Shown piece by piece: positions 49,547-58,148 of a stretch of DNA of 64,000 nt. Origin of the DNA: Candidatus Moraniibacteriota bacterium (GTDB lineage Bacteria; Patescibacteriota; Minisyncoccia; Moranbacterales; GCA-2747515). The notes under the pieces are model-generated. The model saw only the letters and a program-made list of their open reading frames with translations, ran no database searches and was not told the DNA's origin. The stretch is taken from the NCBI GenBank assembly GCA_023133275.1, contig JAGLWU010000021.1, forward strand, positions 1,341 through 65,340. The letters run 5' to 3'. Each line of letters starts with the position of its first letter. The first letter of the stretch is position 1. Made by a program: the position numbers and the translations under genes.

Positions 49547-49751
49547 CTATTTTTATTTTAATTTAACTTAAATCTAAATTTATTATACAACATTTTTAAC
49601 AATTAGTAGAGCCACAATTTGTAAAAACGTTTTACCAAAATGTTTCTACTTGTCTATTTTCAAAAAAACCTTATAATTAAATTATTCGTAATTTATATAA
49701 ATTTAAAAGTTACGAATTTAAAAGTTATAAAATAATTATTTTAAAAAAATT

Positions 49752-51050
49752 ATGAAAAAAAATAATCCAAGTCAGAAAGAAAAAGAAACAGTTTGCGTTG
49801 TAGGTTTAGGATATGTTGGTTTGCCACTAGCAGTTCGAACAAAAGAAAAAGGATATAATGTAATCGGTTTAGAATTAGATAAAAAAAAGATTGAATTAAT
49901 AAATAAAAAACAATCGCCGATCGAAGAAGTGTATCTTTATGAAAATCTTCCTAAACATCCGATTCGAGCAACAGACAATGCAAAGGAAATAAAAAAAGCA
50001 GATATCGTTTTAATCTGCGTACCAACGCCAGTTGATGAATATTATAATCCTGATTTAACACTGGTTCAAAAATCTTGCGAAATGGTAGCTAAAAATTTAA
50101 AAAAAGGAGCCTTGGTAGTCTTAGAGTCAACAGTAAATCCGGGAGTTTCCGAGGAAGTTGTTCATCCAATTTTTGAAAGTTTCGGACATAAAATTGGTTC
50201 TGATGTTTTTATCGCCCATTGCCCCGAAAGAATTAATCCCGGTGATTCAAAATGGAATGTAACAAATATTCCACGTGTCGTCGGAGCTTTCACGCAAAAA
50301 GGATTGAAAAAATCTGTTGAATTTTACGAGGACATAATTGATGGAGAAATTCGTCCGATGAAACATATCCGTGAAGCCGAAGCTTGCAAAGTTGTAGAAA
50401 ATTCTTTTCGTGATGTAAACATTGCCTTTGTCAATGAGTTGGCAAAATCTTTTGACGCCCTTGATATTGATATTAAAGATGTGATTGATGGAGCGAGTAC
50501 GAAACCTTTTGCGTTTATGCCTCACTATCCATCTTGCGGAATTGGCGGGCATTGTATTCCAGTTGATCCTTATTATTTAATTGAGAGAGCTAAACGTGCT
50601 GGTTTTGATCATAAATTTTTGCGAACTTCTCGAGCGATTAACAACTCTATGCCAGCTTACACCGTTGAACTTTTACAGGATAAATTAAATGAAGTGAAAA
50701 TGCCTTTAAATGGAACGAACGTTGGAATTTTAGGAATTGCTTATAAGCCCAATGTAGATGATGACCGAGAATCGCCTTATTATGACATTGTAAATGCTTT
50801 GGAAAAACATGGTGCAAAAATTCATTCTTTCGACCCGCACATTAAAGAAAAATCTTCAGTGAAAACTTTAGCAACATTATTAAAAAAATCTGATGCAATA
50901 ATTCTTGTTACTAATCATAAAGAGTTTGATGAGATCAATGGAAAGTTGTTAAAGAAAAATAAGATAAAAGTTATTATTGACGGTAAAAATACTTTGAATA
51001 AAAAAGATATAGAAAAAAATGGTGTTGTTTATAAGGGGATTGGGAGATAA
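49752..51050 (+). CDS. Nucleotide-sugar dehydrogenase (UDP-glucose/UDP-ManNAc/GDP-mannose dehydrogenase family)
   Basis: N-terminal Rossmann VCVVGLGYVGLPLAV. Catalytic Cys region (PHYPSCGIGGHCIP). Central and C-terminal UDPG_MGDP_dh domains. Confidence 0.85.
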   Translation: MKKNNPSQKEKETVCVVGLGYVGLPLAVRTKEKGYNVIGLELDKKKIELINKKQSPIEEVYLYENLPKHPIRATDNAKEIKKADIVLICVPTPVDEYYNPDLTLVQKSCEMVAKNLKKGALVVLESTVNPGVSEEVVHPIFESFGHKIGSDVFIAHCPERINPGDSKWNVTNIPRVVGAFTQKGLKKSVEFYEDIIDGEIRPMKHIREAEACKVVENSFRDVNIAFVNELAKSFDALDIDIKDVIDGASTKPFAFMPHYPSCGIGGHCIPVDPYYLIERAKRAGFDHKFLRTSRAINNSMPAYTVELLQDKLNEVKMPLNGTNVGILGIAYKPNVDDDRESPYYDIVNALEKHGAKIHSFDPHIKEKSSVKTLATLLKKSDAIILVTNHKEFDEINGKLLKKNKIKVIIDGKNTLNKKDIEKNGVVYKGIGR

Positions 51051-51070
51051 GCAAAGGAAATAATATCATA

Positions 51071-51101
51071 AGAGCAGGTTTTACAACCTGCTCTTTTTTT
51101 A
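51071..51101 (+). terminator. Rho-independent terminator
   Basis: AGAGCAGGTT-ttac-AACCTGCTCT + TTTTTTT. Confidence 0.75.
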
Positions 51102-51213
51102 ATATTTTTAAGATAAAATTATTTATTTATAAAAGCAATTCAACTTTCTATTTATAAAAATAAAATTAAGTTTATTAGCTTCTCAAAATATTGATTTTTA
51201 AATTTTATTTAAA

Positions 51214-52515
51214 CTATAATTTATCTTTATAATTTTTTGACCAATACATAACGTCATTTGCATAATCCACACATACCTTACGAGAAAGACGTGACCCACA
51301 ATAATATTTTCGTGCTGCATCGTATTCTCCACTTTTACTTGTAGCTCCATCATTTGCTAATTTTATTGCCATCGCCATTACACCATCAGTAAGACTCCAA
51401 GGATCTGCTGGGGAATGACCTGTGTATTTTTCAATTTTTAATTCATACCCTTGCCATGTTGTTGGTATAAATTGAGCCACTCCCATTGCTCCCCCATAAT
51501 ATTTTCCCTCTACACCACAAGAAACTTTTTTTTCTTTTGATTTATAATCTAAATCAGACATAATTCTTTTAAAAACAGGTATATCATAAGAATGCATATT
51601 AGCTTTTTTATAAGTACATCCACCAGTATAACGTCCCAGATCTGTTTCCTGAATTAATTCACCAAAAAGAAAAGCTTTGCGAACACCTGTTTTTTTACTA
51701 GCTATTTCAACTGCCTCCACAATATCCCCCGCTTCAACTGACTCACCCAACAAACCAGAAAGATCTGATTCAACAGCCGCCAATTTTGCATTCAATTCTG
51801 AAATTGTAGCATTTTTAGAAATTATTTGAGCTTGCGTTTGATTTTTTTCAGACACTAAAGAATTTTCTTGTTGCTTTTGAGACAATAAAAGTGTCTCTTT
51901 CTCTTTTTTTACATCTTCAATAGATTCCTTTTTATCTTGTGTAACACGCTTCGTTTCATTTATTTCATCAACTAAATTTAAAACTTCATTCCTCAAATTA
52001 TCAAAACTATCAGAAGAACCTAAAAACTTAGAATTTCCTTCATTCTTAAAAGCTAAATAAACTGCCGATTCATTCTGTTGATAATAAAAATTTCTCAGCG
52101 CCGAAGCTAATGCCTCTTGATAAAGTTTATTTTTTTGATTAAGTAATTCAATTTGTTTGTTGTGTCGATTAATTTCGTGTTCTTTATTTTTAATTTCATC
52201 TTTGGTCTGTTCTAAAGATTGTTGAGTAGAATTTAAAGATTGTTGAACGATGTTTAAATCTTTTTGTAAGTTATTTTTTTGATTTTCTTCTTTTTCAATT
52301 TTATCTTCAATTTTATCTTTTTTTTCTTCAAGCTCTTCTTCTTTTTCTTCCTCCTCTTCTTTTTTCTTCTCAAGTTCTTCTTTTTGTTCTTCAGTCAATT
52401 CTGTTTCTTCGTCATCATTTCCAGCTAATGAAAAATGACTTACATTCAAAAAAGTGATTGAAAATATCAAAAGTAAAAATAAAATATATTTTGTTTTTTT
52501 GTTTAAGTTTTTCAT
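51214..52515 (-). CDS. Secreted coiled-coil protein with C-terminal lytic transglycosylase (SLT_2/MltB-like) domain
   Basis: Signal peptide. About 250 aa E/K/Q-rich coiled coil. C-terminal GGAMGVAQFIPTTW (MltB AMGxxQFMPxT signature). Confidence 0.6.
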   Translation of the reverse strand: MKNLNKKTKYILFLLLIFSITFLNVSHFSLAGNDDEETELTEEQKEELEKKKEEEEEKEEELEEKKDKIEDKIEKEENQKNNLQKDLNIVQQSLNSTQQSLEQTKDEIKNKEHEINRHNKQIELLNQKNKLYQEALASALRNFYYQQNESAVYLAFKNEGNSKFLGSSDSFDNLRNEVLNLVDEINETKRVTQDKKESIEDVKKEKETLLLSQKQQENSLVSEKNQTQAQIISKNATISELNAKLAAVESDLSGLLGESVEAGDIVEAVEIASKKTGVRKAFLFGELIQETDLGRYTGGCTYKKANMHSYDIPVFKRIMSDLDYKSKEKKVSCGVEGKYYGGAMGVAQFIPTTWQGYELKIEKYTGHSPADPWSLTDGVMAMAIKLANDGATSKSGEYDAARKYYCGSRLSRKVCVDYANDVMYWSKNYKDKL

Positions 52516-52581
52516 TGATAAAAAAATTTTAATATTCTTAACTAAGTTCTATAATAACATGAATTTTAAATGAAAAAAAGC

Positions 52582-52606
52582 TTGACATAATAATAATAAT
52601 AATATA
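52582..52606 (+). promoter_or_regulatory. Promoter cassette copy c: TTGACA + (AAT)5 + ATAAAA
   Basis: gcTTGACAtaataataataataatataaaatg. Confidence 0.55.
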
Positions 52607-52722
52607 AAATGAAATATTACGATTTCTTAAATTAGCGATCGTAAATAGTTTCTTAAAAATAAGAAATAAAGTTTTTCAACGATTGATTTATTTTTCATAA
52701 ACAAATTCAATAGGAGTAAAAG

Positions 52723-53001
52723 ATGAGTGAAATAAAAAGAGTACTCGGAAATCCAGACATTATTTTCAGAAAAATGATAAAAGAAAAAGGACATGAGAGG
52801 CTTATAAAACTCGCCATTGTAACTTGGTGTCCTAATGAAGCTGCAAAACCAGTAGAATTTCAATACCAAATTGTAGGTGTCGCCGATGAAGAAAGAAATA
52901 GCATCTCTCTTAAAGGACGACTTGTTGATAATTATGATTTGGCAGAACATCAAGGAACCAAAGCCTTTAAGGCAATAGAATTAGCTCTGATCAATTCATA
53001 A
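52723..53001 (+). CDS. Hypothetical small protein (cassette-driven ORF c)
   Basis: 92 aa. AGGAG RBS 7 nt upstream. Two downstream hairpins. Preferred over the antisense ORF 52627..52953. Confidence 0.45.
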   Translation: MSEIKRVLGNPDIIFRKMIKEKGHERLIKLAIVTWCPNEAAKPVEFQYQIVGVADEERNSISLKGRLVDNYDLAEHQGTKAFKAIELALINS

Positions 53002-53093
53002 TGTGATTTGATTAGATTGAGAAGTCAGACCTCAAAAATCTGACTTCAGTAATTAAGCATTTCAAATTAATTTTTGGAATATTTATAGCTAAT

Positions 53094-53126
53094 AAAAAAC
53101 CACCAAATTTACTCGGTGGTTTTTTA
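53094..53126. terminator. Bidirectional rho-independent terminator between ORF c (+) and rplY (-)
   Basis: AAAAAACCACC-aaatttactc-GGTGGTTTTTT. U-runs on both strands. Confidence 0.7.
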
Positions 53127-53150
53127 TTTTTAAGAAGTTTTCAAAAAAGA

Positions 53151-53828
53151 TTATTTTTTCTCTTCTTTCTTTTCACCATTTTCATCTCCCTCAGGCACAT
53201 CTTCCGCAGCACCCTCAACTTTAGAAACATCAGCATCAACTTCCTCATCAAGAGATTCCATTTCAGCATCCGTTCGAGGCGGAGTTACCGAAGCAATCGT
53301 ATTTTTCTCATCAAGTAATAATTTAACTTTATCACCAACTTTAATATCACTAACAACAATATGATCTTCAAAATCAACAATTTTACTCAAATCAACCTCA
53401 ATTTCACTCGGCAAATCATCTGGCAAAGCCTCAACAACAACATGATCAAAACTCTTCACCAAAGTTCCACCTTTTTCCTTAACTGCTGGAGACTCCCCAA
53501 CAAAAACCAAAGGCACTTCAGCTTCTGTAGCTTCATTCATATTCACCTGAAGAAAATCAACATGCCTAATTTCATCAGAAACTGGTTCAGCCTGAAAATC
53601 ATGAATTAAAACATTCAACGCTTTTTCTTTACCAATTTTAAGTTCTACCACCGTATTTTTACCAGCTTCACCGAAAACTTGTATAAAATCATTTTTATCA
53701 ACCCAAACAACATTAGATTCCATTCCGACACCATAAACAATTGCAGGAATACGCTCTCCTACTAATTTACGCATAGGTCTTCCTGTTTCCTCACGTTTTT
53801 CTGCATTAAGCACTATTTTTTTACTCAT
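53151..53828 (-). CDS. rplY: 50S ribosomal protein L25 / general stress protein Ctc, with acidic C-terminal tail
   Basis: N-terminal LNAEKREETGRPMRKLVGERIPAIVYG. bL25 beta-barrel plus Ctc-type C-domain. Confidence 0.8.
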   Translation of the reverse strand: MSKKIVLNAEKREETGRPMRKLVGERIPAIVYGVGMESNVVWVDKNDFIQVFGEAGKNTVVELKIGKEKALNVLIHDFQAEPVSDEIRHVDFLQVNMNEATEAEVPLVFVGESPAVKEKGGTLVKSFDHVVVEALPDDLPSEIEVDLSKIVDFEDHIVVSDIKVGDKVKLLLDEKNTIASVTPPRTDAEMESLDEEVDADVSKVEGAAEDVPEGDENGEKKEEKK

Positions 53829-53877
53829 AATATTTTTTTAAAAAATTTACAACTGATTATTTATTCTACTTATTTTA

Positions 53878-54210
53878 TTATTTTAAATTACAAATATCGC
53901 CAGTAGCCCCGCTAAAATCATTAAGATATTCATACATATCGATAATGTCGTCATCTGACACAGGAGTAGCTCCAAAAAAGTTTTTTGCTTCTCTGGCATT
54001 GACATCGGTTAAAACACCCATGGTTATGATCCCCATTTCATTTTGGGTGATAAAAAATACTATGGACGCTAGACATTTTTCACACGACACATAAATAGCT
54101 GTACGAGTTTTGTCTCTGCCGACTGGTTCGTAAGTTAAATTGTCTCGTTGTGATCCGCACACGGGACATTTTTTTGGTATTATGCGATCGTATTCTCGTG
54201 AAATATTCAT
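53878..54210 (-). CDS. Zinc-ribbon-containing hypothetical protein
   Basis: CPVCGS...x24...CEKC. Confidence 0.4.
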   Translation of the reverse strand: MNISREYDRIIPKKCPVCGSQRDNLTYEPVGRDKTRTAIYVSCEKCLASIVFFITQNEMGIITMGVLTDVNAREAKNFFGATPVSDDDIIDMYEYLNDFSGATGDICNLK

Positions 54211-54282
54211 AAGATTATTTTAATATATTTACAGAAAAAAAGCAAATTGGAAACTAAAGAATTACGATTTAAGATTTATGAA

Positions 54283-54516
54283 TTATTTACTATTTTCATC
54301 ATTTTTTATTTTTGACTGCAAAATTTTAAAAACTTTTTTATTATAAAACAAACCTGGAAGAACAGTTAAAACACTCTCCGAATTTTCATCAGTGTATTTA
54401 ATCTTAATTCCAAAATGTGGAAGCTTATTTCTAGAAATATCTTTTATATCCTCGTACTTCAAAATTAAATTTTTAAAAGAAGATTTAATAATAATAAAAT
54501 CATCATAAATCGACAA
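54283..54516 (-). CDS. Hypothetical small protein
   Basis: ORF only. Confidence 0.25.
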   Translation of the reverse strand: MSIYDDFIIIKSSFKNLILKYEDIKDISRNKLPHFGIKIKYTDENSESVLTVLPGLFYNKKVFKILQSKIKNDENSK

Positions 54517-54712
54517 TTCTGCAAAAGAATCTTGAACCGAAGCCCAATTTCCAAAAATACAATTAACCCTATCCTTAAATAATGGTATTTTACCTTCTTC
54601 TATTTCTAAAAGTTTTTTTCTTCTAGAAATAAATTTATAAATAAAAAAATACTCCTATAATAACTAAAGATAATAATTCAAATAAAATTTCCATAAATAT
54701 CATTTTTAAAAT

Positions 54713-55798
54713 TTATTCCTCAATCTCCCGCAACTTCTCAATCAATTTCTTTTCCTTTCGAGAAAGTTTAGTCGGCACATCAACAATAACCTTAACCAAA
54801 TGATCACCTCGCCCAAACCCACGCAACTTCGGCACACCCTTCGAACGAATACGGTAAATCTCACCAGATTGAGTCCCTGCCGGCACTTTCATCTTCACCG
54901 AACCCTCAACCGTCTCCACATCAATCTTATCCCCCAAAGCTGCCTGAGCAAAACTCACATGAACCGTACTATTAATATCATCACCATCCCGTTCAAACCT
55001 CTCATCTCGAACAACAGAAATCGTAACCAATAAATCACCCGCAGGAGCACCATTTTCACCCGCCTCACCCTTACCGCCAACCGCCAATGTTTGACCAGAA
55101 TTAATCCCGGCTGGCACTTCTATTTTTTCAGCAACTTCTTCCTTATGTCGACCATCACCACCACACTGACTACATTTTTTATCAAAAGTTTTTCCTTTGC
55201 CTTTACAATCATGACACACAACATTTTGAGCAAAATTTCCCAACATTGTTCGCATCATTTTTTTAATTTTTCCACTACCTTTACAAGTTTTACAATTTTC
55301 TTCTTTACTCCCAACCTCACCACCATTCCCGCCACATTTTTTACAAACAATTGCCTTATAAAGTTTAATTTCTTTCTGAACACCAGAAATCATTTCCGCA
55401 AAAGTAATCTCCACCTCAACCTGAATATCTCGTCCTCGCGACTGTCTCCCACCGCTTCCACCACCACCGAAAATATCTGAGAAAATATCACCAAACCCCT
55501 CTCCGCCACCAAAATTAAATTCAAAACCACCATCTTGACCTCTAAATTGATTAGGATCAAAACCGCCACCCTGACCACCACCAGCACCGTTGAAAGTTTG
55601 ACCGAACTGATCATATTGCGATCTTTTTTGCTTGTCCGACAAAACTTGATATGCTGAATTAATTTCCTTAAATTTAGCCTCATCACCGCCCTTTTTGTCA
55701 GGATGATGTTTATGAGCCAATTTCCGATACGCCTTTTTAATTTCATCATCAGACGCTCCCCGATCAACTCCTAAAATTTTATAATAATCTTCTGCCAT
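54713..55798 (-). CDS. dnaJ: Chaperone DnaJ
   Basis: J domain with HPD ([14 protein letters not shown]). G/F-rich region. Four CxxCxGxG zinc-finger repeats. Start placed at [11 protein letters not shown]. The upstream extension contains repeat module A. Confidence 0.9.
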   Translation of the reverse strand: MAEDYYKILGVDRGASDDEIKKAYRKLAHKHHPDKKGGDEAKFKEINSAYQVLSDKQKRSQYDQFGQTFNGAGGGQGGGFDPNQFRGQDGGFEFNFGGGEGFGDIFSDIFGGGGSGGRQSRGRDIQVEVEITFAEMISGVQKEIKLYKAIVCKKCGGNGGEVGSKEENCKTCKGSGKIKKMMRTMLGNFAQNVVCHDCKGKGKTFDKKCSQCGGDGRHKEEVAEKIEVPAGINSGQTLAVGGKGEAGENGAPAGDLLVTISVVRDERFERDGDDINSTVHVSFAQAALGDKIDVETVEGSVKMKVPAGTQSGEIYRIRSKGVPKLRGFGRGDHLVKVIVDVPTKLSRKEKKLIEKLREIEE

Positions 55799-55828
55799 AT
55801 TGTTTATTTTAAAGTTTAAAAAATAATT

Positions 55829-55985
55829 GTGCTCGCCGCACGGGCTTTTCTGAAACAATGGATCATGACCCCTTGTTGAAATTCTAAAAATTTTCTGTCA
55901 TTTTTACTGTCATTCTGAACGGAATAATTTTTATAAAATAAAAATTATGTAGTGAAAAATCCCCCACAGAACACCACGAAACATT
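55829..55985. repeat. Mosaic repeat element (modules A+B1+C+E), copy R6
   Basis: GTGCTCGCCGCACGGGC. TTCTGAAACAATGGATCATGACCCCTTGTTGAAATTCTAAAA. TGTCATTCTGAACGG. TTATGTAGTGAAAAATCCCCCACAGAACACCACGAAAC. Confidence 0.8.
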
Positions 55986-56089
55986 CACTTTCCTCTTCAC
56001 AAGTTTACTACCAATCTATCATAAATAAAAAAAATTAGCAATCTCTATGTTCGAGTGCCAATTTATAGTCTATTTAAAAAATCAAAAAA

Positions 56090-56135
56090 GTGCTCGCCAC
56101 AGAAACTTTTGAAAATACAAGTCAATTTCATGATT
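56090..56135. repeat. Repeat module A2, copy R7
   Basis: GTGCTCGCCACAGAAACTTTTGAAAATACAAGTCAATTT. Compare 37917-37960. Confidence 0.6.
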
Positions 56136-56167
56136 TCAAAATATTTAAAAATTATATCTTCCTAATT

Positions 56168-57127
56168 TTAATTTTTAACATCCAAATAAGCCCTCCTAAC
56201 CGCCAAATTAATTTTTGTCGGTCGAAATTTAACATCCAAATAATTCTTAAGCTTTCGCAAAAATAAATAAATATTCAAATAAATTTTCCAAAAACCCTTA
56301 CCGTGTTTACGAAAAAATAAAATACCTGATAAAACTAACCAATAAATTTTCTGCGACTGATTTTCCTCGCTTTGCTCTTGATGATAAACTTTTGCACTCG
56401 GAACAATCAAATTTTTCAATTCAGCTTTTTTCACTCGCAAAGATAAATCTGCATCCTCATAATAAAGAAAAAAAAATTCATCAAATAATCCAACTTTCTC
56501 AAAAACTTTTTTACTAATCAACATCGCACAACCTGTTACATATTCTGTTTCTTCTACATCTGTGTAGGGAACGGTTTGAAACCGTTCCCTACCAAACACG
56601 ACTTGAAACCATTTCCTACCAAACAATGATATACAATCAAAATGTTCCGCCCTCATTTTCCACCAATTTATTTTTCCACCACAGAACCAAATATTTTTAT
56701 ATTTTAAATCTGAATAAATCACAGGACTTACTAATCCAATTTCACTTTCATCTTTAATAGAATCAATCAATTTTGAAATTGTGTTTTTTCGCACCAATGC
56801 ATCATTGTTCAAAAGAAAAACATAATCTGCGCTATTTTCAAAAGCAAATTTTATACCAACATTATTTCCCGCTCCGAATCCGAGATTTTTTTTGTTTTTA
56901 ATAAAATAAATTTTTGAAAAGTTTTTTTCACTTGAACAATGGGTTGCAACCCATTGTTCAGCTAGATTTAAAGAATTGTCAGTAGAATTATTATCCACTA
57001 AAATTATTTCTAAATTTTGATAATTTGAATCAACTACACTTTTAATAGTTTTTAGTAAATCTGTTCCGCCATTGTAATTTAGAATTATGACAAATATTTT
57101 TGGTTTTTTTGGAATTGTACTTGACAT
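56168..57127 (-). CDS. GT2-family glycosyltransferase carrying an in-frame palindrome/tandem-repeat insert
   Basis: KIFVIILNYNGGTDLLKTIKSVVDSNYQNLEIILVDNNSTDNS (GT2 N-terminus). DxD YYEDAD. N-terminus MSSTIPKKPK shared with 61255..62427. Confidence 0.8.
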   Translation of the reverse strand: MSSTIPKKPKIFVIILNYNGGTDLLKTIKSVVDSNYQNLEIILVDNNSTDNSLNLAEQWVATHCSSEKNFSKIYFIKNKKNLGFGAGNNVGIKFAFENSADYVFLLNNDALVRKNTISKLIDSIKDESEIGLVSPVIYSDLKYKNIWFCGGKINWWKMRAEHFDCISLFGRKWFQVVFGRERFQTVPYTDVEETEYVTGCAMLISKKVFEKVGLFDEFFFLYYEDADLSLRVKKAELKNLIVPSAKVYHQEQSEENQSQKIYWLVLSGILFFRKHGKGFWKIYLNIYLFLRKLKNYLDVKFRPTKINLAVRRAYLDVKN

Positions 57128-57145
57128 AATAATAATAATTTAAAC
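57101..57145 (+). promoter_or_regulatory. Promoter cassette copy d (TTGACA + (AAT)4 + TTTAAAC), overlapping the divergent GT2 start codon
   Basis: tggtttttttggaattgtacTTGACAtaataataataatttaaac. The GT2 ATG is the reverse complement of the CAT inside TTGACAT. Confidence 0.55.
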
Positions 57146-57197
57146 TTACTTATTGGTGATAAACTGAACATTAACAAAAACATTAACGGAGGTCATC

Positions 57198-57596
57198 ATG
57201 TCATCTGATTATCCAGAAATTAATCATAATCTCGGAGAAAACGGCTACGTCATCTACGGAGAAACATACTCCTCTTTCATTAAATATGAATATCAGCTAA
57301 TACTAGGTATGATATTTACTTGCTTTGTAAGAGAGGGTTCATGGTCATTGAAGGTGAAATGGTCAGATAAAATTATAGAACCTGGCCACATCTTAAATAC
57401 CACAGAAATCCCATTTATTGATGTATTATTTGATTATCCAGTTATTAATGATTTTCTTGGATCCCAACCTTATGTGCTTCATTGTTTTAAAAGTTATGGA
57501 TACAAAAAAATACTCAAAGAGATGGATAAATATCGATTGATCTCATATACTAACAAACCAACAATTATGACTATATATATATATCTCCTCACGTAG
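57198..57596 (+). CDS. Hypothetical protein (cassette-driven ORF d)
   Basis: 132 aa. GGAGG RBS 7 nt upstream. Confidence 0.45.
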   Translation: MSSDYPEINHNLGENGYVIYGETYSSFIKYEYQLILGMIFTCFVREGSWSLKVKWSDKIIEPGHILNTTEIPFIDVLFDYPVINDFLGSQPYVLHCFKSYGYKKILKEMDKYRLISYTNKPTIMTIYIYLLT

Positions 57597-57741
57597 CCCG
57601 ACTCTATTTTGAGAATTTCTTCAAAAGACCTGTAGATAAGAATCTCATTTTGGAACCTATCAGAGTCTAAACCTGCACAATGTTCACGCCACCAACAAAA
57701 ACAGGTCTTGCAAAATCATGCGGAACCCGTTTTTAAATTTC

Positions 57742-58116
57742 CTAACTCTTAATCCCCAACCTCTTTTTCGCAATTTTATATTGTTTAGAATTCAACTGAC
57801 CTGCCTCACGCATTTCCTCGATTTGCTTCAACATTTTTTCCTTGTCTTCCCCACCTTTCTGACCCATCTTCCCAAACGCCTGAGCAAAAACTTCTTTCCG
57901 TTTTTCAGGACTCATTTTTTTCAAACCTTTAATTGCCATTTTTTGCATCATTCCCAATTTTGGCATTCCAGGCATTTCTCCTGCCAAAATCTGATCAATC
58001 ATTTCATCTGAAATTTCTGGAAGTTGTCCTCCCATAAAATCTTCTGCCTGTTTTTTAACCTGCACTGGATCAATATTTTGATCTTTTTTCTTCTTAAACA
58101 AATCTGTTATTCCCAT
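57742..58116 (-). CDS. Small Met/Lys-rich hypothetical protein downstream of secDF
   Basis: 124 aa. GMPKLGMMQKMAIKGLKKM low-complexity. No confident family. Confidence 0.35.
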   Translation of the reverse strand: MGITDLFKKKKDQNIDPVQVKKQAEDFMGGQLPEISDEMIDQILAGEMPGMPKLGMMQKMAIKGLKKMSPEKRKEVFAQAFGKMGQKGGEDKEKMLKQIEEMREAGQLNSKQYKIAKKRLGIKS

Positions 58117-58148
58117 ATTTTTAATGTTAAATTATTAATTCTTAGTTA

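Noticed and set aside
52627-52953. Minus-strand 108-aa ORF overlapping ORF c
   Set aside because: The plus-strand ORF has the conserved promoter cassette, an AGGAG RBS and terminators. The minus ORF is hydrophobic low-complexity with no signals.
55799-55858. N-terminal extensions of dnaJ ([10 protein letters not shown]...), pgk (39474-39527), the GT39 gene at 22638 (24444-24575) and the GT4 gene (62428-62487)
   Set aside because: The extensions run into repeat module A, the neighbouring gene, a terminator hairpin or the promoter cassette. Conserved family N-termini ([11 protein letters not shown]; MNIKKIQ; MFTKHYK; MSSTNPKK) start at internal Met codons.
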